A stretch of DNA of 50,472 bases from a virus (taxonomy: Duplodnaviria; Caudoviricetes), in the IMG/VR virus record IMGVR_UViG_3300038406_000147, positions 1 to 50,472 of that record. The stretch is one strand, 5' to 3'. The translations under genes and the position numbers were made by a program. Positions within the stretch are counted from its first letter, which is position 1, and each line of letters opens with the position of its first letter. Positions 44,763-50,472 of this stretch are shown in pieces. The notes below the pieces were generated by a model. It was not told the DNA's origin. It saw nothing but the letters and a program-made list of their open reading frames with translations, and searched no databases.

Positions 44763-45151
44763 TGATCTACAGCCACTGCGAGGCCCACCCCGATCACTGT
44801 AACAACGACAACCGGCCAAAGATCGTCGTCCTTTGTGGCTCAACACGGTTCTACGAGCAGTACCAACAATCCAACTACAACGAAACCATGGCCGGTCGGA
44901 TCGTCCTGTCGGTGGGCTTCTATCCACACGCCAAGGCGGAGCACGGTCACGGTGAAGGCGTCGGTCACGACTCGATCGAGAAGGTCGAGCTGGACAAGCT
45001 GCACAAACGCAAGATCGACCTTGCTGACGAGGTGCTAGTGCTGAACGTCGGTGGCTACATCGGCGACTCCACCCGCAGCGAGGTCATGTACGCAATCTAC
45101 CGAGGCAAGCCCATCCGCTGGCTAGAAGAAGCAGAAAGGACACCAGAATGA
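44762..45151 (+). CDS. nucleoside 2-deoxyribosyltransferase-like protein
   Basis: VVLCGSTRF, H.RKIDLADEVLVLNVGGYIGDST.SE. Confidence 0.65.
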   Translation: MIYSHCEAHPDHCNNDNRPKIVVLCGSTRFYEQYQQSNYNETMAGRIVLSVGFYPHAKAEHGHGEGVGHDSIEKVELDKLHKRKIDLADEVLVLNVGGYIGDSTRSEVMYAIYRGKPIRWLEEAERTPE

Positions 45152-45564
45152 TCACCAACCTCATCACCTTCAGCGTGTTCCTGGCCCTGGGCTCCCTGTG
45201 GTGGTGGTCCGGCCGGGTCAACGCCGCGCGACAAATTGAGGAAGTCCGGATCACCGCCGGCGCGGACCTGCTGGCGGCCCTGCCGGACCGGGACGAGCGC
45301 TGCCCCACCTGCACTGGCACGCGCTGCTGGGACTGGCGCCACCACGGCGCCCCCTGCCTCCCGGACACCAGCGCCGACCTGCCCGAGCTGGCCACCGCCG
45401 GCGGCCGACACGAGCCCACCCCGGCCTTCGCGTACGCGGTGCCCGGCCGGTGGAACCCGCTCCCCCTGAGGCAGCGGGTAAGGCTGGCCCCGACCGCGTG
45501 GGCAGCCCGCCTGGGCCGGCCCGTGCAGCTCGGCCTGGGCCGGGCCATCGGCGGCATCGCGTAA
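45148..45564 (+). CDS. membrane-anchored hypothetical protein
   Basis: N-terminal TM; CxxC. Confidence 0.55.
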   Translation: MITNLITFSVFLALGSLWWWSGRVNAARQIEEVRITAGADLLAALPDRDERCPTCTGTRCWDWRHHGAPCLPDTSADLPELATAGGRHEPTPAFAYAVPGRWNPLPLRQRVRLAPTAWAARLGRPVQLGLGRAIGGIA

Positions 45565-45600
45565 CCAAGCCAAGCAACCAACCATCCGAAAGGGACAGTA

Positions 45601-45951
45601 GTGAAGACCGACAGCAAGAAGCCCACCCTGATCAACGACACCATGGGCGCCATCTTGGGCATGTTGAACCGGACCCCGATGTCCGGCGGCCGGCTGTGCA
45701 CCGAGCTGGCCACCTTCCAGAACTTCTGGTCATCCACCCGCAGCCAGGTCTACCGCGAGCTGGCCTCCGCGGGGCTGAAGGGCTTGGCCAAGCCGGGTAA
45801 GCCCGGCCCCCGCAAGGTCGTGATCTACAAGATCACGGCGAAGGGCCGGACGGCGTACAAGCGCTGGCTGGCCTCGCAGGGCAAGGTCCTGCTGCGGGAC
45901 GGCGTGACCCTACGCCGCGAGCTGGCTGAGCTGGAGAGCTCGGCGGCATGA
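45601..45951 (+). CDS. PadR-like winged-HTH protein
   Basis: AILGML..PMSG, FW...SQVYREL, YKITAKGR..W. Confidence 0.8.
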   Translation: MKTDSKKPTLINDTMGAILGMLNRTPMSGGRLCTELATFQNFWSSTRSQVYRELASAGLKGLAKPGKPGPRKVVIYKITAKGRTAYKRWLASQGKVLLRDGVTLRRELAELESSAA

Positions 45952-46268
45952 CCACCACACCACCCAGTGTCCAGGTCCCGATCCCGCCGGAGAGCCGCCT
46001 GGAGCAGCTCCTGGCTATCTACGAGGACCTGAAGCCGAAAGCCGACGAGATCAACAACCGGCTGAAGATCATCACCGACTCGATCAAGGCCGAGCTAATC
46101 ACGGCAGCGCCGCTGGCCCAGCGGATCGACATCGCCGGACACCCGCTCTACATGGTCTGGATGGAGAGGTGGTCGCTAGACACCAAGCGAATGAAGATCG
46201 AGATTCCAGAGCTGTACGCGGCGTACGCCCGCAAGAGCAGCACCTGGTACCTGAAGCGGTCGTACTGA
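45948..46268 (+). CDS. hypothetical protein
   Basis: coiled coil; LDTKRMK..PELYA.Y. Confidence 0.7.
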   Translation: MTTTPPSVQVPIPPESRLEQLLAIYEDLKPKADEINNRLKIITDSIKAELITAAPLAQRIDIAGHPLYMVWMERWSLDTKRMKIEIPELYAAYARKSSTWYLKRSY

Positions 46269-47068
46269 TGGTCTCTGTCGCCGAGTTCATGACCGCCGCG
46301 CCGGCGCCGCTCAACGGCAACTCGCCCTGGGCGGCCCGGTACGCGGTCGAGCTGCGGCGGGTGATCACCGAGTACGCCAACAACCGGCCCCGCAACCTCC
46401 AGAAGCACCTGGGACCCAGCGAGCTCGGCTCACCGTGCGACCGGCAGGTGGCGGGGAAGATGGCCGGGCTGCCGGCGACCAACCACGTCGTCGACCCGTG
46501 GCCCAGCTTCGTGGGCACCGCGCTGCACGCCGAGGAAGCCAAGGCGTTCGAGTGGGACAACACGCAGACCGGGTTACTCCGTTGGGTCGCCGAGCAACGG
46601 GTCACCCCACACCCGGACCACCCGGGCACCGGTGACCTGTACGACGGCCTGGAGGAGGCCGTGGTGGACCACAAGAACCTGGGTCTCACCTCGATGGCGA
46701 AGGTCCGCTCCAGTGACGGGCCACCACTTCGCTACCAGATCCAACTTCTGTTGTACGGCAAGGGTTTCCGACTGATGGGCCTGCCCGTAAAGCGGGTTGT
46801 CCTTGCCGCCTACCCGCGAGCCGCCGCCACCCTGGACGGGATGTTCGTCTGGGAGCGGCTGGCCCGTCCCGATGACGATCTGCTGCTGGAGGAGGTGTTC
46901 AAGCTTACCGCCGCGCGCCAGGTCATGGCCAACCAAATCCTATCTGGACAACTGACACTGAACGACATTCCGAAGCGCGCGGATGACGATGAGTGCTACT
47001 TCTGCCCGTTCTACCGACCGCAGTCCGCACGAGACAACGGTCCCGGATGCCCCGGGACCACCACATAG
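46268..47068 (+). CDS. PD-(D/E)XK (Cas4-like) exonuclease
   Basis: GPSELG..CDR, GTALH, GTGD, VVDHK, QLLLYG, C.FCPF. Confidence 0.85.
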   Translation: MVSVAEFMTAAPAPLNGNSPWAARYAVELRRVITEYANNRPRNLQKHLGPSELGSPCDRQVAGKMAGLPATNHVVDPWPSFVGTALHAEEAKAFEWDNTQTGLLRWVAEQRVTPHPDHPGTGDLYDGLEEAVVDHKNLGLTSMAKVRSSDGPPLRYQIQLLLYGKGFRLMGLPVKRVVLAAYPRAAATLDGMFVWERLARPDDDLLLEEVFKLTAARQVMANQILSGQLTLNDIPKRADDDECYFCPFYRPQSARDNGPGCPGTTT

Positions 47069-47078
47069 AGGAGTTCTG

Positions 47079-47891
47079 ATGACTTACCCGCAGTACCCAC
47101 AGACACCCGTGCAATATCCACAGGCACCAGTGGCCTACCCACCGCAGCCTCAGTACCCGGTGCAGCCTCAGTACCAGCAGTACCCGGTGCAGCCTGCGGC
47201 TCCGGCCGGCCCACCAGCACCACCCGGTTCCCTGGACACGTTCTACGCACAGCCCAGCGCGGCCAACCTGGCCTGGAAGTTCAAGGACGCCCCGATCGGC
47301 ACGAGCTACGCCGGCATCGTGGCCCGAACCCTGCTCGACTCGGACGTTCGCGCGCAGACCGACTCCGGCGGCAACGTCCAGCGGTTCAAGGACGGCCGAA
47401 TCAAGTACGTCATGGTGGTCCCGATGCTGGTCCGCGGCGCGCCGGAGTTCCCGGACGGCCAGGCCAGTTGGTGGGTCAAGGGTCAGGCCCGCGACGAGCT
47501 GGCCCGCGCCATGGCGGAGGCCGGCGCACCAGCCGGTACCCCGGAGGCAGGCGCGGCCATCCGGGTGACACTGGTCAGCCGCCGGCCGGTGCCGGGCATG
47601 AACGCCGCGCACGTGTACCAGATCCAGTACCAGCGGCCTGCCGGAGCACCCCCGGCACCCGCTCAGCCCGTGCCGGTCCAGCCGGTCCAGCCGGTCCAGC
47701 AGCCGGCGAACGTAGGGCCGGTGTGGCAGCCGGGTGAACCGGTCCAGCAGCCGGTGCAGCAGCCGGTGCAGCAGCCGGTGCAGCAGCCGGTGCAGCAGCC
47801 GGTGCAGCAGCCGGCCATGGTGGCACCGAGCAACCTGAGCCCGGAACAGCAGGAGCTGCTGGCCAAGCTCACCGGCCAGACCACCGGCTGA
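47079..47891 (+). CDS. probable ssDNA-binding/recombination protein with Q/P-rich termini
   Basis: WKF..IGT.Y.G.V core; position between exonuclease and helicase. Confidence 0.6.
   Translation: MTYPQYPQTPVQYPQAPVAYPPQPQYPVQPQYQQYPVQPAAPAGPPAPPGSLDTFYAQPSAANLAWKFKDAPIGTSYAGIVARTLLDSDVRAQTDSGGNVQRFKDGRIKYVMVVPMLVRGAPEFPDGQASWWVKGQARDELARAMAEAGAPAGTPEAGAAIRVTLVSRRPVPGMNAAHVYQIQYQRPAGAPPAPAQPVPVQPVQPVQQPANVGPVWQPGEPVQQPVQQPVQQPVQQPVQQPVQQPAMVAPSNLSPEQQELLAKLTGQTTG
47745..47814 (+). repeat. 12-bp coding tandem repeat (QQPV)
   Basis: CAGCAGCCGGTG x5 plus a partial copy. Confidence 0.9.
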
Positions 47892-47903
47892 GCGGGCGAA
47901 CGT

Positions 47904-47929
47904 CCGGCCCGTGGGAACGCACGGGCCGG
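47904..47929 (+). terminator. hairpin after the SSB-like gene
   Basis: CCGGCCCGTG-GGAACG-CACGGGCCGG. Confidence 0.55.
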
Positions 47930-47970
47930 GCCTTGACTCTCTCAGCCACACCCCACTTAGGAGACAGAAC

Positions 47971-48090
47971 ATGAAGATCGAGTTGTCTCTACGGTACGCA
48001 GTGATCGGCTTCTACCTGGACCGCGACCGCAGCATCCTGCGCGTGTACCCGCTCCCGTTCGTGCGAATCTCACTCGGTCCGCGCCAGTGA
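47971..48090 (+). CDS. small protein (39 aa)
   Basis: AGGAG RBS; GTGA overlap with the helicase. Confidence 0.55.
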   Translation: MKIELSLRYAVIGFYLDRDRSILRVYPLPFVRISLGPRQ

Positions 48091-49862
48091 ACTGGGTGCC
48101 CACCGAGCAGTGGCAGCCCCCACCGGCACCCGCCATCCACGGCGAGCTGACGGCGGACGGCAAGCGGATCGTGCTGATCGCCACCGGCCAGGACCACGAG
48201 GTGGCCTACTACGCCAAGCTGCTGGCCACCCTGACCCCCCTGTTCAAGGCCAGCAAGCCCCCGGGCGCGCTGATCACCGCGGCGACGTGGGCCGGCGTGG
48301 TGCAGCTCTCGATGGCGCTGGGGCCGGTATGGCGGCCCGGCCCCCGGCTGGTCGAGTGGGTTACCGCCGAGCTGGCGCGCCGGACCGCTAACGGCCGGCA
48401 CCAGCTGACCACGCAGCCGCCGGAGGGCCGGGTACCCCGCCAGTACCAGGTTGACGGCGCGCTGATGATCGGCGCGGTCGGCCGGGCGCTGCTGTTCGAT
48501 GAGCAGGGCACCGGCAAGACGATGACCACGATCCTGGGCCTGGTCGAGCGCGCCGTAGAGCACGAGGTGCTTCCGGTGGTGTGCGTGGTACCCGCCTCGG
48601 TGGTCGACCCGTGGGTGGACGCCTGGACGGACTGGGCGCCGCAGTGGCCGGTGGTGGCCTGGCGGGGGCCGGCCAGGCAACGACCCGCTCTGGCCGGCTC
48701 GGCGCAGGTGTACGTGACCTCCTACGACACCGCCCGGCGGGACGCCGCGGACAAGGACGGCCCGCTGGTGAAGCTGAAGCCGAACAGCGTGATCGTCGAC
48801 GAAGTGCATCTGATCAAGTCGCCGTACGCGATGCGGTCGCTGGCGGCGCGCCGGCTGGCGAAGAAGACCCGCAACTTCGTGGGCCTGTCCGGGACCCCTA
48901 TCACGCACCATCCGGGCAACCTGTGGCCCACGCTGGAAGCCCTGGAGCCGCTGGCCTACCCCAGCAGCGAGCGGTTCGACAATCGGTACCTGCTGACCGT
49001 CCAGGGCGACTACAAGGCCATCACCCTGGGGCTGGATCCGGCCACCGAGCCGGAGTTCCGGGCCAACACGCTGGGGCAGCACCGCCGGGTGGCCAAGGCG
49101 GACGTGCTCGACCAGCTCCCGCCGAAGGTCTACTCACCGCGGTACGTGGAGCTACCCGAGGCGTGGCGCAAGGTCTACGACGACCTGGAGAACCAGTTCC
49201 TGGCCGAGCTACCGGACGGCCAGGAGCTGTCGATCATGTCGGTGCTGGCCCAGCTCAACCACCTGTCCCAGCTGGCCAGCGCGGCGGCCGACGCGGAGAT
49301 CACGGTGACGATGGACGAGGAGACCGGGCTAGAAAAGCAGAGCGTCCACCTGGAGCTGAAAGCCCCATCGTGGAAGGTAGATGAGCTGCTGGCGGTGCTG
49401 GAGGAGCGCCCCGGCCAGCCGGTGGTCACCTTCGCCCCGAGCAAGCAGCTGGTCCGGCTGGCTGGTGCCGCAGCCGAACAGGCGGGCCTCCAGGTCGGCT
49501 ACGTAGTGGGCGGGCAGCGGATGTCCGACCGCACCGACACGGTGGCCCGGTTCCAGGCCGGCAAGCTGGATCTGCTAGCCACCACCTTGGGCGCCGGCGG
49601 GATAGGCCTGACCCTGACCGCGGCAGGCACGGAGGTCTTCCTCCAGTCGTCCTGGTCTCTGGTCGAGCGGCTTCAGGCCGAGGACCGCTGCCACCGGATC
49701 GGCAGTGAGATCCACGACTCGATCGAGATCATCGACATCATCGCGAAGAACACAATCGACACCCGGGTCCGGGGGGTGTTGCGGGCCAAAGCCGGCCACC
49801 TGTCCGACCTGCTACAAGATCCCCGAATCGTCAAAGAACTATTAGGAGGGACCAAACGATGA
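48087..49862 (+). CDS. SNF2-like SF2 helicase
   Basis: DEQGTGKT, DEVH, LSGTP, GLTLTAA, QAEDRCHRIG. Confidence 0.92.
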   Translation: MNWVPTEQWQPPPAPAIHGELTADGKRIVLIATGQDHEVAYYAKLLATLTPLFKASKPPGALITAATWAGVVQLSMALGPVWRPGPRLVEWVTAELARRTANGRHQLTTQPPEGRVPRQYQVDGALMIGAVGRALLFDEQGTGKTMTTILGLVERAVEHEVLPVVCVVPASVVDPWVDAWTDWAPQWPVVAWRGPARQRPALAGSAQVYVTSYDTARRDAADKDGPLVKLKPNSVIVDEVHLIKSPYAMRSLAARRLAKKTRNFVGLSGTPITHHPGNLWPTLEALEPLAYPSSERFDNRYLLTVQGDYKAITLGLDPATEPEFRANTLGQHRRVAKADVLDQLPPKVYSPRYVELPEAWRKVYDDLENQFLAELPDGQELSIMSVLAQLNHLSQLASAAADAEITVTMDEETGLEKQSVHLELKAPSWKVDELLAVLEERPGQPVVTFAPSKQLVRLAGAAAEQAGLQVGYVVGGQRMSDRTDTVARFQAGKLDLLATTLGAGGIGLTLTAAGTEVFLQSSWSLVERLQAEDRCHRIGSEIHDSIEIIDIIAKNTIDTRVRGVLRAKAGHLSDLLQDPRIVKELLGGTKR

Positions 49863-50173
49863 CCCGCTACGAGGCACTGAAGGCCGCGATCATGGAGAAC
49901 AGCGCCCCCGGTGTTCGAGGGTACTGGGAAGGCGTGATCAAGCAGGTGGAGTCCGAGGTGGACGTCCCCGGCAAGCTGCGCTACGTGGCCACTGAGATCC
50001 GCAAGGACATCGGCGACACCGAGGCAGGCCCTGCGCTAGCCGACATCTTCGCCATCGCCGCCGAGCAGATCCCCCACGTGGTCAACGCCCACAAGTCGCT
50101 GCTGCTGACCGCGGTCGCACACGCCGGCGAGCTGATGTACGAAGAGCTGGCCGAAGACACGGAGAAGTCATGA
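49859..50173 (+). CDS. hypothetical protein
   Basis: ATGA overlaps. Confidence 0.7.
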   Translation: MTRYEALKAAIMENSAPGVRGYWEGVIKQVESEVDVPGKLRYVATEIRKDIGDTEAGPALADIFAIAAEQIPHVVNAHKSLLLTAVAHAGELMYEELAEDTEKS

Positions 50174-50472
50174 TCTGCATCATCGGCATAGACCCGGGAC
50201 CGACCCCGGGTGTGGTGGGCCTTCAGTTGGCGGGTACCTGGCCACCAGCGATCGCCTACATCAACACTATACAGTGCAACGCCGCGGCACTGATACCCGT
50301 CCTGGTTGGCTTACACGATAACTGGAACTGGGAACACATACACATCGTGGTTGAGCGATTCGTGGTCGGCCTCCGCACAGCCCGTAGTCGACACCAGTCC
50401 GCCGGCGCCCTTACGCGGGACCAGATTGAGGAAATCAAGGTGTGGGCAACGGCTGTAGAAAAGAGCACCCTG
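50170..50472 (+). CDS. RuvC-like resolvase, 5' part
   Basis: MICIIGIDPG; continues through the terminal overlap. Confidence 0.8.
   Translation, partial: MICIIGIDPGPTPGVVGLQLAGTWPPAIAYINTIQCNAAALIPVLVGLHDNWNWEHIHIVVERFVVGLRTARSRHQSAGALTRDQIEEIKVWATAVEKSTL
50280..50472. repeat. Terminal overlap (copy 2)
   Basis: matches 1-193. Confidence 0.95.

Noticed and set aside
46268-47068. Cas4 as part of a CRISPR or spacer-acquisition system
   Set aside because: It sits in the standard exonuclease-SSB-helicase recombination module; nothing links it to the array.
47745-47814. QQPV tandem repeat as a regulatory array
   Set aside because: It is an invariant in-frame low-complexity linker.

Overview
The window is an apparently complete, circularly assembled temperate siphovirus of a high-GC actinobacterium. 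The unit length is about 50,279 bp: bases 1-193 repeat as 50280-50472 with one mismatch, splitting a RuvC-like gene. Modules: (i) replication/recombination on +: exonuclease, SSB-like protein, SNF2 helicase, RuvC and a 1571-aa primase-SF3 helicase-PolA fusion; (ii) a + strand array of about 21 small genes (9.3-17 kb) separated by four families of structured intergenic repeats, including Lsr2 and an AcrIII-1 (DUF1874) ring nuclease; (iii) a - strand late operon from HNH/terminase through capsid and tail to lysis, including a PhoD-tail fusion and a -1 frameshifted tail chaperone; (iv) a lysogeny module with tyrosine integrase, Xre repressor, Cro-like gene and TGTCTC-N6-GAGACA operators. The most striking feature is at 42.5-44.2 kb: a TIGR-Tas-like RNA-guided locus. 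Thirteen stem-loop units follow the pattern stem-CCA-N9-CGAYACCCA-N9-CG-stem with hypervariable 9-nt spacers. They accompany a nuclease-less IS110/Nop-domain (TasA-like) protein. Every unit lies inside an open reading frame: ten form an in-frame 5' extension of the Tas ORF, two are inserted within the Nop domain, and one is inside the upstream gene. All assignments are by eye from motifs; no database searches were run.
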